Below the pieces are notes generated by a model that was not told the DNA's origin, did not search any database, and saw nothing but the letters and a program-made list of their open reading frames with translations. A stretch of DNA of 61,372 bases, the filler included, from Trichosphaerium sp. ATCC 40318 (taxonomy: Eukaryota; Protista; Tubulinea), in the NCBI GenBank assembly GCA_038496445.1. It is 3 parts of 3 records of this genome, joined end to end, with 100 filler letters (N's around TTAATTAATTAA, not from the genome) between each part and the next. Parts side by side here need not be neighbours in the genome. Positions count along the whole stretch, not along the records: positions 1 to 18,697 come from JALMLS010000099.1; 2 more parts are not named here. One strand, written 5' to 3'. Shown here piece after piece: positions 1 through 12,210 of this stretch (position 1 is its first letter; each line of letters begins with the position of its first letter). The position numbers and the translations under genes are program-made.

Positions 1-684
1 GTAGCACGGCCACTGCGAGGCGAGTTTGTTTTTGGATCTGTGTATCCACAGTACGGTAAATTAATTATGCGTGGTATGATCATATCTTCGCGCTTGGAGC
101 TCAGCATAACGCCTGATAGTGTTTTCGAAAAAGTCACTCGGACATACATCTTGTGTCACAACGTCACGAAAAAATGGAAAAAGCTCATTCAAATTTATGT
201 CCTATAAAAAAAGGTGAGGCTTCATTCACGTGCTTTTTTAACCCTTTTTGACGCCAAAGAAAAATGTGTTTTTGGGTTGCGTTTTAGATTGGCGTACGCG
301 TATAGATTGCGCCGTACCCTAGTGGTAGGACACCTTTAAGTTTCGGAAACTTTGCGCCCATGATATCTACATTTTTGTTATCTCTTTGCGGTTTTTCTAA
401 GCGAAAGGGCCTGTTCTACCTCGCGTGGAGCTCATAAGAGACAATAGCTCTAAAACAGCTGGATCAATGCCCATAACGCCCAGATGGCGTTTATCTAGTC
501 TGTTTACATCCCTCAAGAGGTTGACGTGGAAAGCTGCAAACACGTCAATAAAACAATCAAGACCTAACGCTGATAGGAAGGACGCGAGCGAGTGGGTCTA
601 TAGTTGAAAAAAAAAAAGTGGTTAGATAACAATTTTGTCGTTTGGTAGTTCTCCGGGTACGTTGTCAGTATTGGTGTTTGCCAT
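1..684 (-). CDS. 5' part of a duplicated SAM-LRR gene, continuing beyond the window
   Basis: Mirror of 7946-8631, with ATG at 684 on the minus strand. Confidence 0.6.
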
Positions 685-837
685 GTGTTTGTTAACGAAT
701 GACCATGGGATGGCGTTAACCTGCTGTGCGTGTTTGACTGTTTGTTAAAGTAGATTTGGCGTACATTTCAATGAACATAGGTTTCCAGGCGTTTTTTTTA
801 AAAGAAACTAAAACAAACAACACAATATTCGCAACAA

Positions 838-1912
838 ATGGTGCGTTCGACTGCTGGCGTTTGTTTTTTACAAGTTAGCGAATAGGCTAGCACCAATTTA
901 CAGCTAAAGCAACTCAGTTTGGGCGCTATATGCGATGTATGTGACTTTCCTATCTTTGGCGCTCGCTACAAGTGTATGAGCTGCGATGACTACGATCTGT
1001 GGTGCGTATTTGCCTGTTTTATAGTATTCATCCACTAATTCGTGTTTTATAGCGAATATTGCGAACAAACATACCTAGAGTGCAAGGCACATGATGAACG
1101 GCACTTATTTATGAAAATAATAACGTAATTTTATTGTACTACTTGAAGTGCCACCACTTACTCTGTTTAGGCCCATACCCAAGCGCAATGACAGGTGCTA
1201 AGTTCAATATGGCCTTTTTAGTACTCACAGTGTTTGCTCAAGGCCAAATTTGCAATTTGATATCATGTGCTCCAATATTGACGACACAGGCACGTGTTCT
1301 GATCCCCAACCACACGTACAGCAAGCGCTACAAAAAGACTCTCTATTTTTCATTGAAAACATTGTCAAGTCTTGTGTTAGCAAAAAACCACGTGGCTACT
1401 TTTGCATTGCCATTACATTTTTTTTCTGCCAAAACTTGTTGGCGTCGGTTTTGTTCAACGTTGTAGCCAACCGTTTTGGCTTATTTTTTTGTAGAAGACA
1501 AAGAGCTTGTGCACAAGGGAATGTTATGTTCGTTATGCCAACATCCTGTAATTGGTGTGCGATACATGTGCCTTAATTGTAAAGACTACAATATGTGCCA
1601 AAATTGTGAGCGTACAAAGCGTGATTCACATCCGTTGTCACACATTTTATTAAAAAGTACGTTTTGTCACATGATACTTGTATTTGACGTATTTTAGTGT
1701 CGCACAATGTTCCAGCGCAGTACTTGCGGCTTTGCCACTACCGCTCTCTGTACGATAAAAAAGTGATGTTTGTAGCATGTTTGTTAAGTAGATTGAGTAG
1801 GTAAAGTGCAAGGAACCACGCCTTGGTGAAAGTACTGAGATTTTTTACACATATAACACAATAAATAAGATAATCACCGCCAAGTAATGATATACATGAA
1901 CCCATGAAAGGC
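838..1912 (+). pseudogene. Truncated duplicate of the ZZ-ZZ-GNAT gene; both ZZ fingers present, GNAT domain absent
   Basis: Spliced exons give [28 protein letters not shown] and [28 protein letters not shown]. Homology to the intact copy stops at AACCCTAA (1913-1920). There is a 1-nt exon deletion near 1720 relative to the other copy. Confidence 0.8.
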
Positions 1913-4074
1913 AACCCTAATGGATAAAACTATAAAATAGAAAAAAATATTTATTTGCTATCACTACTAAATACCATGATCATTTAGAACCAAATCATTG
2001 TTATTTCTATGTAGCTACAATATAATACTTTATAAAAATATATTGTATGATAACATAGCTGATATTAAAACTGTTATTTACATCATTTTTTAGTACAAAT
2101 AGCATTTTTTGCATGTTGACATTGAGAAAAAACCTTTATTTTAGCACTAAGATGATATATTCTTTTATAAAAGGTATGTTATATATCTAATAATCAAATA
2201 TAAAAACAATTATGTATGTTATTTTAACATAAGTGGCCTTGATAGACATATATACCATAAAAAAAAATAAAAAAGCTATAATTCTCAATAAAACATCTGT
2301 GTCGCTGCATTAAAAACATCTATTGTATTCATGTTTCACAAGTCATCGACCACCATGCTTGAGATCATGTATGTGCAATAGATTGCAAATATATGATATA
2401 AGTCCAACAAAATAGATGAATTGCATAAACACACACCAAAAAAATTATTGGCACTATAAAAAGCTCTATGCCAATATAATTTTACACTCATGAAAACATC
2501 TCCAAATGGATAGAAAGTAGCCATATAACAAAGATGTATGGCATCAAGAGGTATCATGGAGGCAAAGCTGTTTTTGGCAAAAATGGCATTTTTTTGGTTT
2601 TTTTACCATAAAGTATGATTGTAGGTAGCTTCATCAAGATCATTTATGTATATATAATAAATTACAAGATGATGCCATGATGTTTGTTAATAGGAAAATG
2701 AAGAATCGCACACCATAGATAATATATGGGGGGCTTGGTGCATCAACGAACAATGTCATCATTTTTGGCCAAAAAGGGCACAAACTCAAAATGCTTCTAA
2801 GCCTTCAAATCCAACCATCATTTTTGTTTTTATATAGGCTTATATAAAGCATATAAAAGTGGCATAACATTTAAAGTAAATATTCATAGGGGGTATGGTG
2901 GATGACCACTAAAAAATGAAAAAATGGAGGAAATTTCTACATTTCCTTGATTTTGGATCGCATATATGCCACCCCATCAAATAAACTATATACCTCTTAT
3001 TATTGCTATGCTAGGCACTATATATCCTCAGTCGCCATCGATCCATCATGTTGTTGGCCGTGACCATTTTCAAAAACATGTGCTATAAAAGGTAAAACAT
3101 ATAAATTAATTAATAACTATTCATGATGGATAGGTATGACAAAATAGATGAATGCATTGGATTTCTTGAGCAAAATGGCATACATGTATATGCATAAATG
3201 AATTATAGGTGATCATGTAACTGCGGCCTCCAAGCAAAGATGTGTTCAATTTTTTGCTAAAAAAATCCCATTGGAAAAATCAAAAAAAATCCAAAAATCA
3301 AAGAATGGCTCACCAAATCGACGTATACTGCTATAAAATCCTACAAACCACCAGCAATTGGGTAATTTATGCCAATATATAAGGTACAAAAAACGAAATT
3401 GGCTTAAGCGATATGTTAAGGTATGTGGTAATGCATGGTTCAAATTAAATCCCTAAGATTATTTTATATCTCATAGTCATGAATAGATATGAAAATAAAC
3501 AATATCTCATTATGTTGCCATGTATGTATAGATATGAATTTAAATTACAGTTTAGCTACACATGATATACTAAAAACTTTGTGTATATGAGAAGTGTGCA
3601 TACATATTTTTTTTGTAAAAAAAAAGCCAATTACAAACTCAAAATTGCTTACATCTATATAACTCATCACTATGGATACCTACAAATCAATTATTGCTTG
3701 TACCATGTTTATATGGCCTAATAACATATATGTACATACATAAAGTAATTAAAAATACATTTGTAAATGCAGCCTCCAAACGCAACTGCATGGTAAAAAT
3801 ATTTCAAAATTTGCAAAAAAAAAAAGTTTGCATGTTGCTCACAGGCCATGTAGTGCACGAATATCATTTTCGATGCTGCACACCATAATAATACATGCCT
3901 GTGCCTAGCAGCACAGCCATGAAAGTAGCAAAATCTAATAAAATCGAAAAAGTAGAGGTTTAGGTAACCTTAACCCTAAACCCTAACCCTAACCCTTCCA
4001 CTTAATTTATCAAAAAACCCTACGCGTTCTTAATTTAGCGTTTACAAACGCATTAATTATTGTTCAGGCTCTCA
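1913..4074 (-). repeat. Repeat family A, longest copy (non-coding, CpG-depleted, telomeric-repeat-associated)
   Basis: Reverse complement of the copies at 9079-9892, 10612-12210, 13374-14238 and 14489-14974. Contains (CCCTAA)n at about 3972-3995. Confidence 0.9.
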
Positions 4075-4473
4075 AAACCAAATGCGATCAAATTACTTCT
4101 TTCGTTTATGAAGACACGATGTATTTAACTTATACGTGTTATTTAGGATGTTTGTATTTTGTAATGATCAATAAATAAAATGATGTTGCATTAAATCTGA
4201 ACCAAAGTATCGAATAATATTTTGTGTAATTTATAAAGTATTTTTTATTGAAATCTACAAAAAATACATTAAGAAATGCTATAAAGAATACATAGAGAAT
4301 TCTATATAAAATACATACGCAATTCCAAAAGTAATACTCTAAGAATTCTATGAGTAATACTTACGGAATTTCATATAAATTCAATGGGAATTAAGGAAGA
4401 GTTTTTCCGTCTACTTTTCCCATAGGAAAACAGGGTGGATTACTTAAAAATTCCCATTTTTATTTTACTACTG
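4075..4473 (-). mobile_element. Truncated DNA-transposon end starting CAGTAGTAAAATA after a TA (Tc1/mariner/pogo-like), with degenerate ~23-24 bp subterminal repeats
   Basis: The same end sequence recurs at 12211-12368. It sits at the TA at 4474-4475 and interrupts the gag ORF. No transposase was seen. Confidence 0.6.
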
Positions 4474-4739
4474 TATTGGGATGCTTCCCAATTACCAAAA
4501 TTACTAATGGAACGCAGTTTGTCTAACCAATCTTCAACACTGATTTTATCAACTAACCGATCACCGGTGAACACTCGCAGTGATCTCTTAGAAATAGACG
4601 GGTATTTTGGTGTAACATATACTGGTAGTTTATTTTCAACTAACGGACCACCTTCATTATTGAGTGCCTGTGTCGGCGCCTTAAACGTTGGTTTATACAA
4701 CTCTACTGCTGCTGCGATGTCTTCTAACTGATCTAACAT
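4474..4739 (-). pseudogene. gag: N-terminal fragment of a Ty3/gypsy-type Gag
   Basis: The motif FTGDRLVDKISVEDWLDKLRSISNFGNW resembles retrotransposon Gag (F.G...EDWL..F....NW). It lies downstream of a PBS and LTR. Confidence 0.7.
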
Positions 4740-4840
4740 AATCTCTTCTAACTGGTATACGGCACAGAAACTCTTGGCTGTGAAAAACTTAACGGAAACA
4801 GATGAACTTAAATGAGAATATCAAACAGGTAAAAATCTGA

Positions 4841-5634
4841 CTGTGTCGCCAAATGTTATGATGCTAATATAAAGCAAAGCGTAGTTTTATTGAGGTTTGG
4901 ACAATTACAAAAGGTACAAGTAGATAACAAATATTGTGGGACTTCGGTCGATAGTGTTCAGTGAAAGGTCTAAGGATATCTTCAGTGAATATTAAGTACG
5001 TAACTTAACAATGCATTTCACTGTGAGGTTCATATGTACCGCTTCGCTAAATAATGCATTCCACTTTTAAATATTGCAATTCTTATTTCACTACAATACT
5101 TTGGATTTCCTCATTTTTTCGTATAAAGCGCTTCGCTTCAAAATGCATTCCACTTTGAGGTTTATACATGTACCGCTTCGCTAAATAATGCATTCCACTT
5201 TAGGTATTATATTTTTTTTCTATTATAATATCTTGGATTTTTTCATTTTTTTCACATGAAGCGCTTCGCTTCAGAATGCATTCCACTGTAGGCACCGCAT
5301 ATGTGCCGCTTCGCTGAATAATGCATCCGATATTAGGTGTCGCATGCGTACCGCTTCGCTACAGTATCTTAGATTCTTTTAATTTTTTTTTCGCATTAGG
5401 TTTTGTAATATGGCGCTTCGCTTCAAAATGCATTCCACCATAATCTTTGCATGCCTACCGCTTCGCTACATAATGCATTCCACTTTAGGTCCTGCATGTG
5501 TGCTGCTTCGCTACAAATTGTTGAATTCTATGAGTTTTTCGCTTTTTTGTTGCTTCACTACAGAATGTTGTCGTTGTGACCCTATAATATATTGCTTTGT
5601 GATATATTTCTATACAGTGCTTCGCACTGTTACA
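4841..5634 (-). mobile_element. 5' LTR (4854-5634) and primer-binding site of an LTR retrotransposon; the LTR contains tandem copies of CGCTTCGCT...AATGCATTCCAC
   Basis: On the minus strand the LTR reads TGTAACA...ATAACA, followed by tt and then TGGCGACACAG (PBS). AATAAA lies about 30 nt before the LTR end, and gag follows. The 5634 boundary is less certain than the 4854 boundary. Confidence 0.7.
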
Positions 5635-5698
5635 TAGTACTATATGTATAAGTATCGGCAACATACGTTGCCTACATGCTGTTTAGCAACAACATAGA

Positions 5699-5892
5699 TC
5701 CTAACCCCTAACCTTTAGGGTATAACCCTAATTATTGTTATTGCTGATTAGGGTTAGGGTTAATTCATAGACCCAATTAGGGCTAGGGTTAGGTTTACAA
5801 CCCTAATGGCAAATAGACACTATACAACAGCTAGGGTTAGGGCTAGGGTTTACTATTTACAGGAAACCCTATATTGTTTTAGGGTTAGGGTT
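5699..5892. repeat. Degenerate interstitial telomeric repeats in both orientations
   Basis: CCTAACCCCTAACC and AACCCTAA at 5700-5730, followed by several TTAGGG/CTAGGG runs at 5748-5892. Confidence 0.85.
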
Positions 5893-6125
5893 ATGATTTT
5901 TGCTTTTTTCACTTTTGCCATTAATTTTATTCTACATATTTCTACTGTGTGCTGATTATGCTTAAACAACGACATTGAAATTATTATTATTTATTGGATT
6001 TTTATGGTATTTATCATTTTATAAACATTACACCAACATTTAAGTATGTATCAATTTGTAAAGAAATAAATGTTTACAGAATTACATATTTTAATAACAG
6101 AAGTTTGTACAAAACAATACTAAAA

Positions 6126-7795
6126 TTAATTGATAGAGTCCAACTCTTTTATCATCACCAAAGCATCGGCATAGCTATCTTCTGGAGTTGAGTAATACTT
6201 ATAATCCCATTCCTTAGTTTCAAACCCAAACTTTTTATACAAGTTTTGTGCTGGGAAGTTATACACGCTTACATGTAATGTAATCTAAATACATTAACCA
6301 TTACAACTAACAATAAAATATACCCTTGCACAACCAAGAACAGGTGCAAATTCTACAATGTGACCTAGCAACATAGACGCAATACCTCCACCACTATACT
6401 TTTTTTTTATAGCCAAAGAAATAAGTTCCATTGTTCTATATCTGCGCATACCATAGCAACAATACCCTATAAGCAGTTACTCAATGGTTTTCTTTCAAAT
6501 ATAAACATACCAACAATATACGGAATATTATCTACATACACCTCAGCTACCAAGCATTGACACTTTTTGGAATAAACAAACTTCAAAAAAGTGTCATAAT
6601 CATAAGGTGTAGCAAACGCCTCTTCTTCTATGTCTAATACTGCATCAATATCACCTAAATCAAGCTCTCGCATGGTTGCTATCAATATTAATACTTACAC
6701 AACAGCAAATACAAGCACCACACCTTTAATGGGTTCACGTTTCTTCCTTGGCGGTGCAATTGGCTTTTCACTGCTGTTATAGTGTACAAAAATCTCAGTA
6801 CTTTCACCAAGGCGTGGTTCCTTGCACTTTACCTACTCAATCTACTTAACAAACATGCTACAAACATCACTTTTTTATCGTACAGAGAGCGGTAGTGGCA
6901 AAGCCGCAAGTACCTGCGCTGGAACATTGTGCGACACTAAAATACGTCAAATACAAGTATCATGTGACAAAACGTACTTTTTAATAAAATGTGTGACAAC
7001 GGATGTGAATCACGCTTTGTACGCTCACAATTTTGGCACATATTGTAGTCTTTACAATTAAGGCACATGTATCGCACACCAATTACAGGATGTTTGCATA
7101 ACGAACATAACATTCCCTTGTGCACAAGCTCTTTGTCTTCTACAAAAAAATAAGCCAAACGGTTGGCTACAACGTTGAACAAAACCGACGCCAACAAGTT
7201 TTGGCAGAAAAAAAATGTAATGGCAATGCAAAAGTAGCCACGTGGTTTTTTGCTAACACAAGACTTGACAATGTTTTCAATGAAAAATAGAGAGTCTTTT
7301 TGTAGCGCTTGCTGTACGTGTGGTTGGGGATCAGAACACGTGCCTGTGTCGTCAATATTGGAGCACATGATATCAAATTGCAAATTTGGCCTTGAGCAAA
7401 CACTGTGAGTACTAAAAAGGCCATATTGAACTTAGCACCTGTCATTGCGCTTGGGTATGGGCCTAAACAGAGTAAGTGGTGGCACTTCAAGTTGTACAAT
7501 AAAATTACGTTATTATTTTCATAAATAAGTGCCGTTCATCATGTGCCTTGCACTCTAGGTATGTTTGTTCGCAATATTCGCTATAAAACACGAATTAGTG
7601 GATGAATACTATAAAACAGGCAAATACGCACCACAGATCGTAGTCATCGCAGCTCATACACTTGTAGCGAGCGCCAAAGATAGGAAAGTCACATACATCG
7701 CATATAGCGCCCAAACTGAGTTGCTTTAGCTGTAAATTGGTGCTAGCCTATTCGCTAACTTGTAAAAAACAAACGCCAGCAGTCGAACGCACCAT
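6126..7795 (-). CDS. Protein with two ZZ zinc fingers and a C-terminal RimI/NAT-like GNAT acetyltransferase (multi-exon)
   Basis: Two CxxC..CxxC..CxxC..H..H ZZ motifs. GNAT motifs: [41 protein letters not shown] and [19 protein letters not shown]. Stop at 6126. Confidence 0.85.
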
Positions 7796-7945
7796 TTGTT
7801 GCGAATATTGTGTTGTTTGTTTTAGTTTCTTTTAAAAAAAACGCCTGGAAACCTATGTTCATTGAAATGTACGCCAAATCTACTTTAACAAACAGTCAAA
7901 CACGCACAGGTTAACGCCATCCCATGGTCATTCGTTAACAAACAC

Positions 7946-9089
7946 ATGGCAAACACCAATACTGACAACGTACCCGGAGAACTACCAAACGACAAAATTG
8001 TTATCTAACCCCTTTTTTTTTTTCAACTATAGACCCACTCGCTCGCGTCCTTCCTATCAGCGTTAGGTCTTGATTGTTTTATTGACGTGTTTGCAGCTTT
8101 CCACGTCAACCTCTTGAGGGATGTAAACAGACTAGATAAACGCCATCTGGGCGTTATGGGCATTGATCCAGCTGTTTTAGAGCTATTGTCTCTTATGAGC
8201 TCCACGCGAGGTAGAACAGGCCCTTTCGCTTAGAAAAACGCAAAGAGATAACAAAAATGTAGATATCATGGGCGCAAAGTTTCCGAAACTTAAAGGTGTC
8301 CTACCACTAGGGTACGGCGCAATCTATACGCGAACACGCCAATCTAAAACGCAACAAAAACACATAATTTTTCTTTGGCGTCAAAAAGGGTTAAAAAAGC
8401 ACGTGACTGAAGCCTCACCTTTTTTTATAGGACCATAAATTTGAATGAGCTTTTTCCATTTTTTCGTGACGTTGTGACACAAGATGTATGTCCGAGTGAC
8501 TTTTTCGAAACACTATCAGGCGTTATGCTGAGCTCCAAGCGCGAAGATATGATCATACCACGCATAATTAATTTACCGTACTGTGGATACACAGATCCAA
8601 AAACAAACTCGCCTCGCAGTGGCCGTGCTACAAGCATTGTATCAGCGGTCATTGGCATGTCCGGAGATCAAGTTGCGCGAAAAATAAGTTCCTGGCTGAT
8701 GACCAGCAATGGCGTGCTCAATATTAACTTACAACACTCACGTCTCACTGGAGATGGACTGGGTAAGATGAAATTCTAAACTTAATAGCAAACAGTGTCA
8801 CATCCTTATAGGTGAACTTGTGAGTGCCATTCAGAATTCTCCAACTAGAAACACACTCCAACAAATAGACCTTTCGCACAACGGAATAGACGACGCTGGT
8901 ATCCTTATTATAACGCCTCTTATTTACCACACGCCTTTACGCAGATTGTATTTATCACACAATCTCATCAAGAGTGGCGGAGCCAGTTCAATATTCAATA
9001 TGGCAGCGCAAATGTCGGATGTTATCCAACTAGAATTACTTGATCTTTCTCACAACACTTTACTGGACAGTGAGTCACTGAGAGCCTGA
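7946..9089 (+). pseudogene. SAM-domain plus RI-like LRR protein, 3'-truncated by repeat family A at 9079
   Basis: Exon 8031-8209 reads SLASFLSALGLDCFIDVF...LDKRHLGVMGI (SAM-like). LRRs include LQQIDLSHNGIDDAG, LRRLYLSHNLIKSGG and LELLDLSHN. The stop codon is supplied by repeat sequence. Confidence 0.7.
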
Positions 9090-9892
9090 ACAAAAATTAA
9101 TGCGTTTGTAAACGCTAAATTAAGAACGCGTAGGGTTTTTTGATAAAAAGTGGAAGGGTTAGGTTAAGGTTACCTAAACCTCTACTTTTTCGATTTTATT
9201 AGATTTTGCTACTTTCATGGCTGTGCCGCTAGGCACAGGCATGTATTATTATGGTGTGCAGCATCGAAAATGATATTCGTACACTACATGGCCTGTGAGC
9301 GACACGTGAACTTTTTTTTTTTGTAAATTTTGAAATATTTTTACCATTCAGTTGTGTTTGGAGGTTGCATTTACAAATGTATTTTTAATTACTTTATATA
9401 TGTACATATATGTTATTAGGCCATATAAACATGGTACAAGCAATAATTGATTTGTAGGTATCCATAGTGATGATTTATATAGATGTAAGCAATTTTGAGT
9501 TTGTAATTGGCTTTTTTTTTACAAAAAATATGTATGCACACTTCTCATATACACAACGTTTTTAGTATATCATGTATAGCTAAACTGTAATTTAAATTCA
9601 TATTTATATATACATGACAACATAATAAGATATTATTTATTTTCATATCTATTCATGACTATGAGATATACAATAATCTTAGAGATTTAATTTGAACCAT
9701 GCATTACTGCATACCTTATCATATCTCTTAAGCCAATTTCGTTTTTGTACCTTATACATTGGCATAAATTACCTGATTACTGGAGGTTTGTAGGATTTTA
9801 TAGCAGTATACGTTGATTTGGTGAGCCATTCTTTGATTTTTGGATTTTTTTTTATTTTTCCAATGGGATTTTTTTAGCAAAAAATTGGATAC
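9079..9892 (+). repeat. Repeat family A copy starting at the TGAGAGCCTGAAC terminus
   Basis: Colinear reverse complement of 4074 back to about 3245. Confidence 0.9.
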
Positions 9893-10090
9893 AGACTTAT
9901 AAGGAATTATACTTCAAATGCATACTACAAGATCGTACTTGTGTTGAGGTACGACTATCTAGTTTCGTTGCTACATATGTTTATTGTTTTGATTCAATAG
10001 AAACAACAAGTACTTTGTACAAACACCAAATGAAAACTTGTGTGATGCAGTAAAGGGTATAAAAGAGCTGGATGACTACTGTGCAAATTC

Positions 10091-10297
10091 GGGTTAGGGT
10101 TAAGGTTACCTAAACCTCTACTTTTTTGATTTTATTAGATTTTGCTACTTTCATGGCTGTGCCGCTAGGCACAAGCATGTATTATTATGGTGTGCAGCAT
10201 TGAAAATGATATTCATACACTACATGGCCCGTGAGCGACATGCAAACTTTTTTTATTTGCAAATTTTGAAATATTTTTACCATGCAGTTGCGTTTGG
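10091..10297 (+). repeat. Short family A copy bounded on both sides by TTAGGG seeds
   Basis: Starts GGGTTAGGGTTAAGGTTACC and ends ...GCGTTTGG, followed by TTAGGGTTAGGG. Confidence 0.9.
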
Positions 10298-10611
10298 TTA
10301 GGGTTAGGGACTATGTGATTTTTATTCGCCGAATATCGTCCTGTACGGGCCATCGCGGGTAGGTGCAGAAATGCCAAAGACATTTTTGTGCTTGAATTAA
10401 TATGGCGCTTCATCCTATACTATGTTGCATTAAATACACACATAAAATTATGCTAGGGTTGTGTTGACATTGTGTATTTTTTTCCTTACAAGTTTACAAT
10501 TGACTACTATTGAGCTAGGGTTAGGGCTAGGGTTGAGTTGACATAAGATTTTTTTTTTTTACAAGTTACATTACTGATAATTATTTTATTCAAGGGCCAT
10601 CACAAGTAGGT
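10298..10611 (+). repeat. Repeat family C copy 1 (starts TTAGGGACTATGTG; contains CTAGGGTTAGGGCTAGGG)
   Basis: Near-identical to about 12697-13008. Confidence 0.9.
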
Positions 10612-12210
10612 GTAGGGTTAAGGTTACCTAAACCTCTACTTTTTCGATTTTATTAGATTTTGCTACTTTCATGGCTGTGCTGTTAAGCACAGGCATGTAT
10701 TATTATGGTGTGCAGCATCAAAAATGATATTTGTGCACTACATGGCCTGTGAGCAACATGTGAACTTTTTTTTTTTGCAAATTTTGAAATATTTTTACCA
10801 TGCAGTTGCGTTTGGAGGCTGCGTTTACAAATGTATTTTTAATTACTTTATGTATGTACATATATGTTATTAGGCCATATAAACATGGTACAAGCAATAA
10901 TTGATTTGTAGGTATTCATAGTGATGAGTTATATAGATGTAAGTGATTTTGAGTTTGTAATTGGCTTTTTTTTTTGGTAAAAAATATGTATGCACATTTC
11001 TCATATACACAAAGTTTTTAATATATCATGTGTAGCTAAATTGTAATTTAAATTCATATTTATACATACATGGCAACATAATGAGATATTATTTATTTTC
11101 ATATCTATTCGTGCTTATGAGATATAAAATAATCTTAGGATACTACTACAGAGGGTTAGGGATTTAATTTGAACCATGCATTATCACATACCTTAACATA
11201 TCGCTTAAGCCAATTTCGTTTTTGTACCTTATACATTGGCATAAATTACCCGATTGCTGGTGGTTTGTAGGATTTTATAGCAGTATATGTTGATTTGGTG
11301 AGCCATTCTTTGATTTTTGGATTTTTTTTGATTTTTCCAATGGGATTTTTTTAGCAAAAAATTGGATACATCTTTGCTTGGAGGCCGTAGTTACATGATC
11401 ACCTATAGTTGACTTATGCATATACATGTATGCCATTTTGCTCAAGGAATCCAATGCATTCATTTATTTTGTCATACCTGTCCATCATGAATAGTTATTA
11501 ATTAATTTATATGTTTTACCTTTTATAGCATATGTTTTCAAAAATGGTCACAGCCAACTACATGATGGATCGATGGCAACTGAGGATATATAGTACTTGA
11601 CATAGTAATAATAAGAGGTATACAGTTTATTTGGTGGGGTGGCATATATGCGATCCAAAATCAGGAAAATGTAGAAATTTCCTCCATTTTTTCATTTTTT
11701 AGTGGTTGTTCACCATACCCCCTATGAATATTTACTTTAATTGTTATGCCATCTTAATATACTTTATATAAGCCTATATAAAAACAAAATAATGGTTGGA
11801 TTTGAAGGCTTAGAAGCATTTTGAGTTTGTGCCCTTTTTGGCCAAAAATGATGATATTGTTCATTGATGCACCAGGCCCCCCATATATTATCTATGGTGT
11901 GCGATTCTTTATTTTGCTATTAACAAACATCATGGCATCATCTTGTAATTTTATTATATATATATAGATGATCTTGATGAAGCTACCTACAATCATACTT
12001 TATGGTAAAAAAACCAAAAAAATGCAATTTTTGCCAAAAACAGCTTTGCCTCCATGGTACCTCTTGATGCCATATATCTTTGTTATATGGCTACTTTTTA
12101 TCCATTTGGAGATGTTTTTATGAGTGTAAAATTATATTGGCATAGAGCTTTTTATAGTTCAATAATTTTTTTGGTGTGTGTTTATGTAATTCATCTATTT
12201 TGTTGGACTT
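10612..12210 (+). repeat. Repeat family A copy
   Basis: Colinear with the reverse complement of about 2400-3978. Carries a short insert ending in GGGTTAGGG at about 11140-11162. Confidence 0.9.

Larger units (their letters stand above)
1..1912. repeat. Left arm of a large inverted segmental duplication; reverse complement of about 6722-8631, running off the window edge
   Basis: Base 1 onward is the reverse complement of 8631 backward. The match is near-identical to about 1846 and decayed to about 1912. The ORF track shows mirrored ORFs (425+/8023-, 1134+/7167-, 1250+/6937-). Confidence 0.97.

Noticed and set aside
5020-5520. Regularly recurring CGCTTCGCT...AATGCATTCCAC units resembling a CRISPR array
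   Set aside because: The intervening sequences are related to each other, the repeats are degenerate, there are no cas genes, and the array lies inside a eukaryotic LTR.
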